This document shows positions 52,919 to 63,897 of a stretch of DNA of 64,000 nucleotides, one piece after another. This DNA is from a virus. How positions within the stretch are numbered: position 1 is the stretch's first letter; each line of letters begins with the position of its first letter. The stretch is taken from the IMG/VR virus record IMGVR_UViG_3300047557_002560, positions 4,366 to 68,365 of that record; one strand, written 5' to 3'. Under the pieces are notes generated by a model that worked only from the letters and a program-made list of their open reading frames with translations, did not search any database and was not told the origin of the DNA. The translations under genes were made by a program, and so were the position numbers.

Positions 52919-54770
52919 TAAAGACATAAGATATTTAAATAAAGATTTTACAACGTTAAAGAATGCGTTGATTGAGTATGCAAAAGCATACTATCCTAAC
53001 TCATATAACGACTTCTCAACGTCATCACCTGGTACTATGTTTATTGATATGGCTGCCTATGTTGGTGATGTCTTATCTTTTTATTTAGATAATCAAGTAC
53101 AAGAAACCTTTTTAGAATATGCTAAGCAGACAAATAATCTATATGCATTAGCTTATATGTTAGGTTATAGACCAAAAGTAACTTCTGCTGCTATAACAAC
53201 GTTGGATGTTTATCAACAGTTACCTGCTTCTGGAGCGCTTTATGAACCGGATTTTAAATACGCTCTAACTGTTAGTGAAGGAATGCAAGTTAGATCGAAT
53301 GTAAACACTACACAGTTTTATTATGTTCCTAACAAAATTATTTTTAACTTATCAAGTTCAATAGATCCAACAGAAATATCAGTTTATACAACGGTAGGTG
53401 GTAATCCAAATACTTACTTATTAAAGAAAAATACTCAAGCTATTTCCGGACAAATTAAAACAACTACTTTTACTTTTGGCGCAGCAGAGCGTTTTCCCAT
53501 CAGATCCATAGTCGATTCAGATATCATTGAGATTATAAGTGTTACAGATAATAATGGAAATAGGTGGTATGAAGTACCATATTTAGCACAAGACTACATA
53601 TTACAACCTGTACAAAATACAGCACTAAACTATCCTCAACTTTATCAAGAAGCTAATCAAGTACCTTATATTTTAGAAAGACTAAATGTGCCAAGAAGGT
53701 TTGTTTCAAGATTCAAAAGTCCATCAATCCTCGAGTTTGAATTCGGAGCGGGTGTTATAGAAGCATCCGGTTCAATACCAAATCCATTTAATGTAGGAAT
53801 AGGCACAGTAAACGGTATAGATCTTTTAACTACTGCTTACGATCCTACAAACTTTGTATCTAATAACTCTTATGGTTTAGCACCTACAAACTTAACACTT
53901 ACAGTAACCTATTTAGCTGGTGGTGGAGCAAGTGCTAATGTTCAGGTAAATGAATTAACTAACATTGTAAGTGTGAATTCAAACTTCACACAAACAGTAA
54001 ATCCAGCAATAGGTAATACTATACAAGCTACATTAGCTGTTAATAATAGTGTTAGAGGTATAGGAGGTGGAGATGGGGATAGTGATGAAGATTTGAGATT
54101 AAACACATTAGCTACCTTTCCTTCTCAAATGAGAGCTGTAACACAGCAAGATTATCTTGGGTTTGTATTAGGGATGCCTCCTAGGTTTGGACAAGTAGCC
54201 AAAGCATACGTAACAAAAGACAGTGCAACTTTTGCTCAATATTTGTTGAATCAACCAGGTGAAAGAGATCCACTTGCTACTTCAATCTATATTTTATCGT
54301 TTAACGAATTAGGACAGTTTAACCAACCTGGTCCTGCATTATTAAGAAACATACAAACCTACTTAGGTCAGTATAGAATGTTGACTGATACTATAATACT
54401 AAAACCAGGTTACGTAGTAAATATTCAAGTATCTTTTGATGTTATTATAAGACCTAATTACGCTTCAAGAGAGGTTATAGGATTTTGTTTAGAAGCTTTA
54501 AAAGTATACTTCAACAGATCAAGATGGCAAATGAACCAGCCCATCATTTTATCTGAAATCTTTACTTTGTTAGATCAAATAGCTGGTGTACAAACTGTAC
54601 AAAAAATCGACATAACAAACATAAGTGGAACTAATGCAGGTTACTCACAATATAGTTATGATATACCAGGTGCAACTCTTAATGGTGTAATTTATCCATC
54701 ATTAGATCCTTGCATCTTTGAAGTAAAGTATCCAGACATCGATATTCAAGGACGTGTAGTAACAATATAA
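52911..54770 (+). CDS. baseplate wedge gp6/J-like protein
   Basis: YLNKDF, MAAYVGDVLSFYLD, YLAGGGASAN, RAVTQQDY. Confidence 0.88.
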   Translation: MANKDIRYLNKDFTTLKNALIEYAKAYYPNSYNDFSTSSPGTMFIDMAAYVGDVLSFYLDNQVQETFLEYAKQTNNLYALAYMLGYRPKVTSAAITTLDVYQQLPASGALYEPDFKYALTVSEGMQVRSNVNTTQFYYVPNKIIFNLSSSIDPTEISVYTTVGGNPNTYLLKKNTQAISGQIKTTTFTFGAAERFPIRSIVDSDIIEIISVTDNNGNRWYEVPYLAQDYILQPVQNTALNYPQLYQEANQVPYILERLNVPRRFVSRFKSPSILEFEFGAGVIEASGSIPNPFNVGIGTVNGIDLLTTAYDPTNFVSNNSYGLAPTNLTLTVTYLAGGGASANVQVNELTNIVSVNSNFTQTVNPAIGNTIQATLAVNNSVRGIGGGDGDSDEDLRLNTLATFPSQMRAVTQQDYLGFVLGMPPRFGQVAKAYVTKDSATFAQYLLNQPGERDPLATSIYILSFNELGQFNQPGPALLRNIQTYLGQYRMLTDTIILKPGYVVNIQVSFDVIIRPNYASREVIGFCLEALKVYFNRSRWQMNQPIILSEIFTLLDQIAGVQTVQKIDITNISGTNAGYSQYSYDIPGATLNGVIYPSLDPCIFEVKYPDIDIQGRVVTI

Positions 54771-54772
54771 AA

Positions 54773-56020
54773 ATGGCAGTTTATCTAATATTCCCACAGG
54801 CAGATGCTACTCTATATTCTAGGTATCCACTTAAGAATACAGGTAGAGACCCTATCTTAGAAGTATCAGTTGATAACTCACAAGACGGATTGAGATTTTT
54901 AAATCGTGTTGGATTAACTCAGAATCCATATTATACTTACGATCTAGCTGCTAATAGTAATTTCTCAACTTCAGACGCTTACTTTCCTACTCAGTCCATA
55001 AAGAGATCTGTACTACAATTTTCAGCAGCTGATATTAACAAACTTAAGACCTACGCTTCACAATCAGTAAGTGGTGCTTGGTCAGCTAGTCTGAATATGT
55101 ATCTTGCTTCTGCACAAAATTTAAATACTACTTATTCATTAGAATTTTATCCAGTATCACAATCATGGATAATGGGTACAGGACAATATGCTCAAGTACC
55201 TGAATCTAGAAATGGAGTAAGTTGGACTTATACTGGAGAGGCATATAATTCTCCTTCATGGGTAACAGGAGGTGGTACGTGGAATGCTAACTTTCAAAGC
55301 ACTCAAAGCTTTGATTATATGTCAAACAAAGACATCAATGTAGGTATAAGCAATATTGTAAATCAATGGTTTAGTGGATCAATAAGCAACTATGGAATCA
55401 TAGTAAAACATCCAGCTGCAATTGAACAGAACACAGCATCCTTTATGGATCTTAAATTCTTTTCAGTTGATACTCATACCATTTATCCTCCATCAATACA
55501 ATTTAAGTGGGATGATTCTTACTACTATCCTCAAGGAACAAATTACGTTCTAAGTAATGAAATATCCGTAGTATTAGCAAACAATCCGGGCATATTTAGA
55601 CAGAATGAAGTTTATAAAATGAGAACAGGGGTAAGAAATACTTACCCTGCTAGACAATTTACAACATCTTCTGTTTATCTTAATCAACTATATTTTTCTG
55701 AAAATACTTACTGGGCATTACAGGATGTAAAGACAGATGAAATGGTAGTAGACTTTGACACTAGGTTTACGAAAATGTCTGCTGATAGTGTTAGTAATTA
55801 TTTTACTTTGTATACTAGTGGATTGGAAATAAACAGGTATTATAGAATCTTAATTAAGACAAACATATATTCTACAACCTACGGTCCTCTATCTGTATAC
55901 AATAACGAACAATCAATCTATAATGCTTTGTCGTTATACGGAGCAGAACAATTACAGCTACTTCCAGCTGAAGAAGTAATTTTTACTAACCAAAATTTAG
56001 TTTTTAAAATTGTAGGATAA
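54773..56020 (+). CDS. baseplate-associated protein
   Basis: DATLYS...NTGRDPILE; position after gp6. Confidence 0.65.
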   Translation: MAVYLIFPQADATLYSRYPLKNTGRDPILEVSVDNSQDGLRFLNRVGLTQNPYYTYDLAANSNFSTSDAYFPTQSIKRSVLQFSAADINKLKTYASQSVSGAWSASLNMYLASAQNLNTTYSLEFYPVSQSWIMGTGQYAQVPESRNGVSWTYTGEAYNSPSWVTGGGTWNANFQSTQSFDYMSNKDINVGISNIVNQWFSGSISNYGIIVKHPAAIEQNTASFMDLKFFSVDTHTIYPPSIQFKWDDSYYYPQGTNYVLSNEISVVLANNPGIFRQNEVYKMRTGVRNTYPARQFTTSSVYLNQLYFSENTYWALQDVKTDEMVVDFDTRFTKMSADSVSNYFTLYTSGLEINRYYRILIKTNIYSTTYGPLSVYNNEQSIYNALSLYGAEQLQLLPAEEVIFTNQNLVFKIVG

Positions 56021-56364
56021 TGGAGAAAGAGGTAAAATTAGTTAAAGAGGTTTATGGAAGAAATACCTATACAAAGGTTGTAGACACCTCATTTAGCGAA
56101 CTTTATGTACCTGTAACTGGATCAGCAGAAACAGAGCAAACAACTGTAGAGCAATTTTTTGATTTGTATAATCAACTTTTCTTTGAAATACCTGCTACAG
56201 GACCAGTTAACTCACACGAATACTTAGTAGTAAGAAGTACAGAATATTTAGGTGGAGGTGTGTTAACTGACAATGAAAGAGCGTATATTGAAGAGATTAA
56301 TAATTTAAGACAACAACTTTTAGAGGCAAATCAAAACTACCTTAATCTTAGTAGAATAGTATAA
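56020..56364 (+). CDS. virion structural protein
   Basis: coupled; coiled-coil C-terminus. Confidence 0.6.
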   Translation: MEKEVKLVKEVYGRNTYTKVVDTSFSELYVPVTGSAETEQTTVEQFFDLYNQLFFEIPATGPVNSHEYLVVRSTEYLGGGVLTDNERAYIEEINNLRQQLLEANQNYLNLSRIV

Positions 56365-59300
56365 TGGAAAATATTGAAGTAAGATATCTCGGAACAGGTG
56401 ATCAGTATCAAAACTATACTAACTCAGATTTAACTCTGATCAACAGATCTCTTATTACTCCAAACTTTGGACAACCAGGAGATTACATAGAGTATTTTAT
56501 TTACGATTTAGATGGCAGTCTTTTAGATGCTAACTACTTTGATAGTAATTATACAATAGGTTCAGTAGTAGATCCTGTAACAGGTACAACTACTAGAGTA
56601 TATGTAGATCCGGTTAGAGATGCAAGTAATTTAGGTTATGATAGAGGTCAAGTTAACATAGTATACAATTTTCTAAGACCTTACCTCTTGTCAAGTCCAA
56701 TTCCAAATCAACAATTTTGGATTAAGGAAATTTCTACCTCAAGAACTGAAATAAAGGTTGCTAGACAAGATTTATCAAACGAACAATTACTAACATCTTA
56801 CACTACATTTAATGCAGTTCTAGCATCCGATCCATATTATCCTGATTTCTATCTTAACTTTGGAGATAACCAACTTATAATAGCTGTAAATGCAGTTTAT
56901 ATAGAGGAAGATGGTAATAGTTACATTATCTTCAAGCTCTATGAACCTTTACCAGAAACCTTTCAATTAAAATCTACTTTTTGGGTTGTAACAGAGGTAG
57001 CTGAACCAGCAGAATACAGTGTATCTGTTAATATAGCACCACTTACAGTAGCTGACAGGTTTCAAATAAGAGGTCCAAATTACAAAGTAAAAATTAATGA
57101 CACTGTAAACCAAACTACACCTTTTTATAATTATACGAGTCTATTTACAACTTCAGTTACTTCATCCTTTCAGCAATTAAAAAGTTTAATGGATGAAAAA
57201 GGAATAGAAATAAACGTAGACTATAGTAATTTTAATAACTTTGTTCATTTCTCATCTGCAACAGAAAGACTCTATAATTTTGTTTACAAGTTACAATTAA
57301 TAGAAACTGCATCAGCAGGATTAGTAGCAACAAATACATCGACAGCCAAAGTTCAACTACAATCACAGATTGATAATCTTATTAAAAACTTTGATGGATA
57401 CGAATATTACCTTTATTTTGAATCACAATCTTTTGCATGGCCTAAGCGTACAAAAGTACAACCTTTCCAATTATATTCTGTTACTTCTTCACAAGCAGTA
57501 AGTTGGTTAGGAGGTGTTGAAACAGTACCAACTACCAATGCCCCTAGTTTATACTTTTCCGCTTCCTTGTACGATAATACAAACTCTAATTTATTAGAAT
57601 ACACTAGTCCTCAATATATTAGAGATGATATAAGTAATGAACCTTATCTTGTTTTCCTTAACATGATAGGTCAACATTTTGATAACATATGGATTTATTT
57701 AAAGGATGTAACAAATAGATATTCTGCTGAAAACAATCCGTTCGTTGGTATATCAATGGATCAAGTAGCAAATGCTCTTAGATCTATGGGTGTACAACTA
57801 TACACAAACACAAGTATTTCGGACAACATTTATTATTCGTTACTAGGCATTAATGCAGATGGTAGTTTATTACCTCCAACAGGTTCAGAACTTATTACAA
57901 ATTATGTTACATCTAGTATAGCAACATTACCAGGTGATCAAATAACTGGAGAAATATATAAAAGATTATATCACAACTTAGCATATCTTTACAAAACTAG
58001 AGGTACTGAAAGAGGTGTTAGAGCTCTAATAACTACTTTTGGAATACCAGATAGTATTCTAACAACACACGAGTATGGTGGATACAATATCAACCAATAT
58101 CCAGGTATACAAGAAATAGATAATGTTAAAATAGTAACAGGAAGTGTATTACAGATATCAAGTAGTCTCCTATCCCCTTATGCAACTTTACAGTATTATG
58201 ATAACAACATAATGCGAAGTTCTATATCTGTTCAATCTGCTTTCTCACCTGCAGATTCAATTAATGCTAGTATAACATCAAGTGGTTATATAACAGCTTC
58301 TAACCAACCTGGATACTTTAATATTATGCAGTACATTGGAGCTCCAAATCTCCAATACTCTAGCTCTTACACTCCTTTAGATACTCTTGCAACAACCTAT
58401 TTTAATGCAGAATATACAACAGGTTATAATGTATGGGACTTTATAAGAATAATTAAATACTACAACAACTCTTTGTTTAAAATGCTTAGAGATTGGTATC
58501 CTGCAAGAGCCAGTGCTGACACAGGTATCGTAGTAAAGTCTCACATGCTTGAAAGGAATAAATATCCAAGGCATGAACCTATAATGACCACAAGCTCATA
58601 CGACAGCATAATTGACTTAGTGGACGTAAGTGGATCTGATGGAGGTGCTGTGATAGGTAATACAAACTATATAGAACTCGTACCAATTCAATACGGACCT
58701 AATTCTTTTCCTCTTACACAATCTTTTGGAGCAGTTTATATTTCATCATCTGATGATGTACAAAAATATACTGGAGAGTTTAGTGGTAGTACAATCTTTA
58801 CAGATGCTAATTATTTTCCACAAATAGAGCAGTCAAGTTACATATATCCTTGGACTTCCTCAGTAGCAGCTCCAAGAGTTGAAATGTTCTTGACGTACTC
58901 AATAAGTCCAACTTTTCAAAATGTAACAGGTTCAGTTATTTCACAAAGAGTGTTAGATCTAGACTTTAATAGTACTCAATTTGCACCTGTTAATTACGGA
59001 TTAGTTACAGCTTCGTTAAACAAAGCATTGCAAATTGGATTTGTATCACAAAGCACAGAACCTTATAGTCAGTTTGCTCAATTCCAAGATTATCTACATA
59101 TTTTCAGACCTACTATGATTCCTAGGTATAGTGGATCATACTTATCTGGCTTATTCTATAACACTCATAGTTTAGGAGATATTTCGTATGGTAATGATCC
59201 TGTTATCAATTATAATTCAGATAAATTAGGTTTTTTTAACCAAGTCGAAACTAGTTCATTTTTACCAGGTAAAGTAAATGTTTCATTAGCTTACTTAGCT

Positions 59301-61007
59301 GATGTATCAGGTGGTTTGTTTGAGCTAAACCAAAACAACAAGAATTGGTCAGACGTTCAAAGAATTTTTAAAGCTGGAGGAACAGCTACAATCAAACAAT
59401 TTGATAATAAAAAGTTTGGAAATCAAGTTAGTACTGACGGTATAAAAACATTATATAGTAGTGGATATAATTTTACACCTCAACTATACTTTATATCAGG
59501 AGTAGATAATAGGTTGTATTTTCAATACGCCGGTGTTGAACCAGAGCAAGAAATATTTCAAGGGTATAACTCGGGAACACCAAATGCATTCATTAGTGGT
59601 GCTTCATCACCAAGATATGCTGTAACATTAACTAATAATGTATTAAGAGCAGGTAACATCTTTCAAGCCTTTGATGCGGAGACACCAGCAAGTTATCCCT
59701 ATTTTGGTGTTGGAACGTCTACAACTTTCGCAAACTATACAGCTTCGTTTATTGGTCAAAGGACTTTTACAATAGACTTTGGAGTTAATTTTCAGTTTCA
59801 AGATCCTGAATTTTTTCCAATAGCAAGTGGATCCTATTCGATAGGAGCTTATTTAAATGATACAAGTCTTATTGGTAATATTCAAACCGTTAACTTTACC
59901 TCAAGTATCACACCAGGGGGATTTACTACAGGTTCTTTTACTACAGCAAATCCAAGTCCAACAGTAACAGGAACACCATCTTATATTACTGAAATTGGTA
60001 GATTTAATGGTCCGTTCAATTGGACAGTTCAAGGTGGTGCTACAACAACTATAGGTAGTGAAACTTCTCAATTAACTGCAAGTTTATACACTTACATACA
60101 AGGTGGAATAAGTAAGACAGGAATAATGGTTACAAGTAAAACTATAGATTTGAATCCTTATTTAGTAAACTTTAATGGATCCTCAACTCCAAGTTTAATT
60201 ATTGGATCTATAGTAGGTGGAGGTGTACCAACAGTAGCAAGTAAAACCTTTACCGCCACACGTACCTTCAACTACACCACACCAGCAATCAATATGAGTG
60301 TAGATGATACAGTTGTATTTAGGTTTAGACAAGAGGGTATGTCCACGTCTAATTTTACATCTTCATTATCTACTGGAATACCTAATAGTAGAATTACAGC
60401 TAATTTAGTATCCATTGGACAAGGTGGTTATCCTTACGCTACTTCTTCTTTGGTAGAAGGTAATTTTATATATGATATCGAGGATACATCTGATTTACAG
60501 AGTACTGTTATAATGAGTGAAGATTTATCAAACTTTACAAATTATGAGTTTGTTCCTTTCTTCCAATCAGCCTCTGTAGCTTATTCTAGCTCACTTTACT
60601 TTGCATACGGAGATGTAAATTATCAATTCAATCCACAACAAGGTGATAAAATAATATTTTCTGATTTTAGTGGGATAACTCAAGAATTAGATGTATATTC
60701 TTCTAGTCTAGATGCAAACGATAGATTAAATATTATTGTAACACCTAGAGTTTTAGATAACTGGCTTCTTAACTCTAATCTAATTTTAAGATGTTTAATC
60801 TTAAAAAGATACGATGATGAACAAAACGTAATACTAACCTTTAAGAAAACACCAGGATTAACGTCTTACGGATTTTTGATTCCTAACACCATTAGTAACC
60901 AAGTGACAGACAACATTAACACACTACAAGCAGCGGTACAATCTCAGATATTAACTAATCAATCTGTACCTCCTATAGATACTATTAGTGGTGGAAGTTT
61001 TGGGTAA
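56364..61007 (+). CDS. large baseplate wedge protein (gp7-like)
   Basis: MIGQHFDNIW, YLYKTRGTERGVRALITTFGI wedge motif; Ser/Thr/Gly-rich C-half. Confidence 0.75.
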   Translation: MENIEVRYLGTGDQYQNYTNSDLTLINRSLITPNFGQPGDYIEYFIYDLDGSLLDANYFDSNYTIGSVVDPVTGTTTRVYVDPVRDASNLGYDRGQVNIVYNFLRPYLLSSPIPNQQFWIKEISTSRTEIKVARQDLSNEQLLTSYTTFNAVLASDPYYPDFYLNFGDNQLIIAVNAVYIEEDGNSYIIFKLYEPLPETFQLKSTFWVVTEVAEPAEYSVSVNIAPLTVADRFQIRGPNYKVKINDTVNQTTPFYNYTSLFTTSVTSSFQQLKSLMDEKGIEINVDYSNFNNFVHFSSATERLYNFVYKLQLIETASAGLVATNTSTAKVQLQSQIDNLIKNFDGYEYYLYFESQSFAWPKRTKVQPFQLYSVTSSQAVSWLGGVETVPTTNAPSLYFSASLYDNTNSNLLEYTSPQYIRDDISNEPYLVFLNMIGQHFDNIWIYLKDVTNRYSAENNPFVGISMDQVANALRSMGVQLYTNTSISDNIYYSLLGINADGSLLPPTGSELITNYVTSSIATLPGDQITGEIYKRLYHNLAYLYKTRGTERGVRALITTFGIPDSILTTHEYGGYNINQYPGIQEIDNVKIVTGSVLQISSSLLSPYATLQYYDNNIMRSSISVQSAFSPADSINASITSSGYITASNQPGYFNIMQYIGAPNLQYSSSYTPLDTLATTYFNAEYTTGYNVWDFIRIIKYYNNSLFKMLRDWYPARASADTGIVVKSHMLERNKYPRHEPIMTTSSYDSIIDLVDVSGSDGGAVIGNTNYIELVPIQYGPNSFPLTQSFGAVYISSSDDVQKYTGEFSGSTIFTDANYFPQIEQSSYIYPWTSSVAAPRVEMFLTYSISPTFQNVTGSVISQRVLDLDFNSTQFAPVNYGLVTASLNKALQIGFVSQSTEPYSQFAQFQDYLHIFRPTMIPRYSGSYLSGLFYNTHSLGDISYGNDPVINYNSDKLGFFNQVETSSFLPGKVNVSLAYLADVSGGLFELNQNNKNWSDVQRIFKAGGTATIKQFDNKKFGNQVSTDGIKTLYSSGYNFTPQLYFISGVDNRLYFQYAGVEPEQEIFQGYNSGTPNAFISGASSPRYAVTLTNNVLRAGNIFQAFDAETPASYPYFGVGTSTTFANYTASFIGQRTFTIDFGVNFQFQDPEFFPIASGSYSIGAYLNDTSLIGNIQTVNFTSSITPGGFTTGSFTTANPSPTVTGTPSYITEIGRFNGPFNWTVQGGATTTIGSETSQLTASLYTYIQGGISKTGIMVTSKTIDLNPYLVNFNGSSTPSLIIGSIVGGGVPTVASKTFTATRTFNYTTPAINMSVDDTVVFRFRQEGMSTSNFTSSLSTGIPNSRITANLVSIGQGGYPYATSSLVEGNFIYDIEDTSDLQSTVIMSEDLSNFTNYEFVPFFQSASVAYSSSLYFAYGDVNYQFNPQQGDKIIFSDFSGITQELDVYSSSLDANDRLNIIVTPRVLDNWLLNSNLILRCLILKRYDDEQNVILTFKKTPGLTSYGFLIPNTISNQVTDNINTLQAAVQSQILTNQSVPPIDTISGGSFG

Positions 61008-61011
61008 ATGA

Positions 61012-61021
61012 TATATTTATT
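61012..61021 (+). promoter_or_regulatory. candidate late promoter
   Basis: TATATTTATT before ATG 61041. Confidence 0.45.
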
Positions 61022-61040
61022 AAAAGAAAACAAGTAAAAT

Positions 61041-61706
61041 ATGGCATATTTAAGTAACACGTCGGTAGTAGTAGATGCAATTTTGACTGACAAAGGTAGG
61101 CAGTTGCTAGCTCAAAACGATGGATCTTTCCAAATAACACAATTTTCACTTTCAGATGATGAAGTGGATTACACTTTATACAATCCAAACCACCCCTCAG
61201 GATCAGCGTTTTATGGTGAAGCGATTGAGAATATGCCTATTATCCAAGCTTTTCCTGAAGCGCAGGAAATTATGAGATATAAACTAATTACTCTACCAAG
61301 AGGTACTGCTAAGTTACCTGTGATTAGTGTAGGCCAAACTTCAATAGTTCTTCCGCAAGGAGGCTCTACTACTATTCGACCACAAACTTTAAATTATTTA
61401 GGTGCTACTTCAACATTTGAACAATCAGGATATGTAGCAACTATCGGAGATGTTAGAACAACCTCAGCATTTAACGGTGTTGGTATCAACACTCCTCAGG
61501 CTACTGCACTAAATACAACAGGTACACAAACTGTAGGTACTAACGTATCTAAGACAGTAATTGGTACATCAATTAATATTACTGCAACAACAGTTAATAC
61601 CTTATTTGGAACCAATACTACTTTGTATACAACTCTCGAAATAGTAGGTCGTGATTCAGGTGCAAGATTGTTCATTCCAGTTCAAATAACTCAAGTAATA
61701 CAATAA
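61041..61706 (+). CDS. baseplate/tail-fibre attachment protein
   Basis: DAILTDKGRQLLA...ITQFSLSDDEVDY. Confidence 0.65.
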   Translation: MAYLSNTSVVVDAILTDKGRQLLAQNDGSFQITQFSLSDDEVDYTLYNPNHPSGSAFYGEAIENMPIIQAFPEAQEIMRYKLITLPRGTAKLPVISVGQTSIVLPQGGSTTIRPQTLNYLGATSTFEQSGYVATIGDVRTTSAFNGVGINTPQATALNTTGTQTVGTNVSKTVIGTSINITATTVNTLFGTNTTLYTTLEIVGRDSGARLFIPVQITQVIQ

Positions 61707-61710
61707 AAAT

Positions 61711-62796
61711 ATGTCATTTACTAGATTAGCCCCAACAGATTTTGTGATTAGCTCGGACTCTATTACAGCTCCCGCTTGGAGTTCAAATCAGCCAACATTA
61801 TCTACATTTTTTACAGCATCATCTATACCTAGTGCTGGCATAACACAAGGTGCATTTTATTTGAATACGTACCAAACTCAAAGCACAGCAACAGGTGCAG
61901 CAGTTCAATTTTCAATAGCTTATGGCAACATAGTAGGGTCAGGATCTCAGTGGTATAATCCACTTGTACCAGGTGTATCTCCTTCTCTTACTACATATAG
62001 ACAATATGAGACTCTGATTTATGGAGCTTTATTATCTAGCTCTGTTCAAGGATTTAACTTTGGAGGTGCCGCAACAAGTGCACCAGATATCTTTGCTATT
62101 AATGTAGATAGGAATAGATACAAAGAAAATCTTTTTCCTGGAACTTTTAATTTAAAAATTTCAGGTTCTAATGGTGAAATTCAATTAACAGATAACAGTA
62201 ATGATGTAACTACTGTAACTTACTTGGACTGTGGTCGAGTTTTCAATGTTGTATCTGGATCAAACGGATATGCAGCAATAACTTCTAATACAGGACAGAT
62301 CGCTAACGGTTACACACCATCAGGATCTTATGGTCTTTTCTTACCAGATATTGGTATTATAATTTTAAACACTAGCGCACTTGCTTTAACATCTGGATTT
62401 GGAGGTATAGGATTAACTTTAGATAGACAAAACTATGGTTCACCTAGCTATACACTAGCTGCATCTGCATCATATACTTCAACAAGTAACACCTTTTTGT
62501 ATCAAGCAATTTCTAGGAGTGCAAACTTTCAGTTAAACTCCCAAGAGACAATATCTTCTGATTACATTTTTGTACGTATTCCAAACGCAGACTACAATTA
62601 CTCAATGAACCCTACATTTGTATCAGGTTCAGGTAATGTATTGTATTCTACTATGATCTACAATCCACAAACTTACATTACAACTATTGGACTTTACAAC
62701 GACAATAGTGAATTGTTGGCAGTAGCAAAAATGTCAAGAGCTCTTGTTAAAGACTTTACAAAAGAAGCATTGATAAGAGTCAAACTAGATTGGTAA
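61711..62796 (+). CDS. baseplate/tail-fibre attachment protein
   Basis: YITTIGLYNDNSELLAVAK...RVKLDW C-terminus. Confidence 0.65.
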   Translation: MSFTRLAPTDFVISSDSITAPAWSSNQPTLSTFFTASSIPSAGITQGAFYLNTYQTQSTATGAAVQFSIAYGNIVGSGSQWYNPLVPGVSPSLTTYRQYETLIYGALLSSSVQGFNFGGAATSAPDIFAINVDRNRYKENLFPGTFNLKISGSNGEIQLTDNSNDVTTVTYLDCGRVFNVVSGSNGYAAITSNTGQIANGYTPSGSYGLFLPDIGIIILNTSALALTSGFGGIGLTLDRQNYGSPSYTLAASASYTSTSNTFLYQAISRSANFQLNSQETISSDYIFVRIPNADYNYSMNPTFVSGSGNVLYSTMIYNPQTYITTIGLYNDNSELLAVAKMSRALVKDFTKEALIRVKLDW

Positions 62797-62806
62797 TATA
62801 AATTAA

Positions 62807-63868
62807 ATGAGTAGATCTCAAAATAGTTTAAGAGGAAACGACGTTGTTACTACTCCAATCAAACTTAAATACACTGCTTCTTACGATTGTAGTACATTAG
62901 AAGCATACGGTATAACTGTTTTGACTGGAATTAACGGACCTGTCACTATAACTGGATCTGTACCTCAAGAAACACTCAATTACCTTTCAGTTAGACATTT
63001 ATACTATTCTAATTTTCTTACTGGTAGTTATCCAACAACAGCTTCTGCATTTGTAAATTATCTTCAATCAACAGCAGCATCTGGAACTTTAGATGCAGAT
63101 GTAAGGTTATTTCCAACTGAATCAGGTGCTACAATTAAAATAATTTCAATACCTAGAGGTGTATTTGGTCAACAACTTTCTAGAAGATCGTTTATAATGT
63201 CTTCTTCTGCTTATTATTTAGTTGATGATGGTAATGGTAACATTATAGATCAAGCTGCCTCAAACGTACACGTAGGAAATATAATCTACCCACAGGGAAT
63301 GGTTATATTTACAAACTCAGATTATTTAGATATTGTTGATTGTCCTCCTGTAGGATGTGATTTAGTAGGTACTTGTGACGCCATAGCACCAACTACAACA
63401 ACTACTTCCACTAGTACAAGTACATCAACTACAAGTACTAGCACTACAACAAGTACAACAACCATACCACCAACAACTACTAGTACAACTACTAGTACAA
63501 CAACTGTACCACCAACAACTACAACAACAACAACAATACCACCAACTACAACAAGTACGACTACTAGTACAACAACAATACCACCGACAACTACTAGTAC
63601 AACAACAACTACAACAACACCAACAACAACTACAACCACTACAACTAGTACAACAACCACTACAACTACAGTAATACCAACATGTTCAGTTTATACAATA
63701 GAAACTCAAGGTACGGGTACGTCTTGGACTGGTAATTTGTGTGAAGATAATACTCCAACAGGTGGTAGTGTCGGTACATTTAGTTCTGTAAATACACCAT
63801 GTGTAAGAGATAGCACTTTCTCTTATGGTCCTGGTCCTGGAATTTCAGTATCGTCTGTACCATGTTAA
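62807..63868 (+). CDS. virion protein with Thr-rich mucin-like linker and Cys-containing C-domain
   Basis: about 95-aa T/S/P tract 63389-63672. Confidence 0.75.
   Translation: MSRSQNSLRGNDVVTTPIKLKYTASYDCSTLEAYGITVLTGINGPVTITGSVPQETLNYLSVRHLYYSNFLTGSYPTTASAFVNYLQSTAASGTLDADVRLFPTESGATIKIISIPRGVFGQQLSRRSFIMSSSAYYLVDDGNGNIIDQAASNVHVGNIIYPQGMVIFTNSDYLDIVDCPPVGCDLVGTCDAIAPTTTTTSTSTSTSTTSTSTTTSTTTIPPTTTSTTTSTTTVPPTTTTTTTIPPTTTSTTTSTTTIPPTTTSTTTTTTTPTTTTTTTTSTTTTTTTVIPTCSVYTIETQGTGTSWTGNLCEDNTPTGGSVGTFSSVNTPCVRDSTFSYGPGPGISVSSVPC
63389..63672 (+). repeat. coding tandem repeat (I/V)PPTTTSTTTSTTT
   Basis: ACA/ACT/AGT codon runs; four PPTTT units. Confidence 0.9.
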
Positions 63869-63897
63869 AATTAACTCATATAGAAAACTAGTAATAA

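Noticed and set aside
63322-63660. Poly-Val minus-strand ORF
   Set aside because: Antisense shadow of the Thr-codon repeat.
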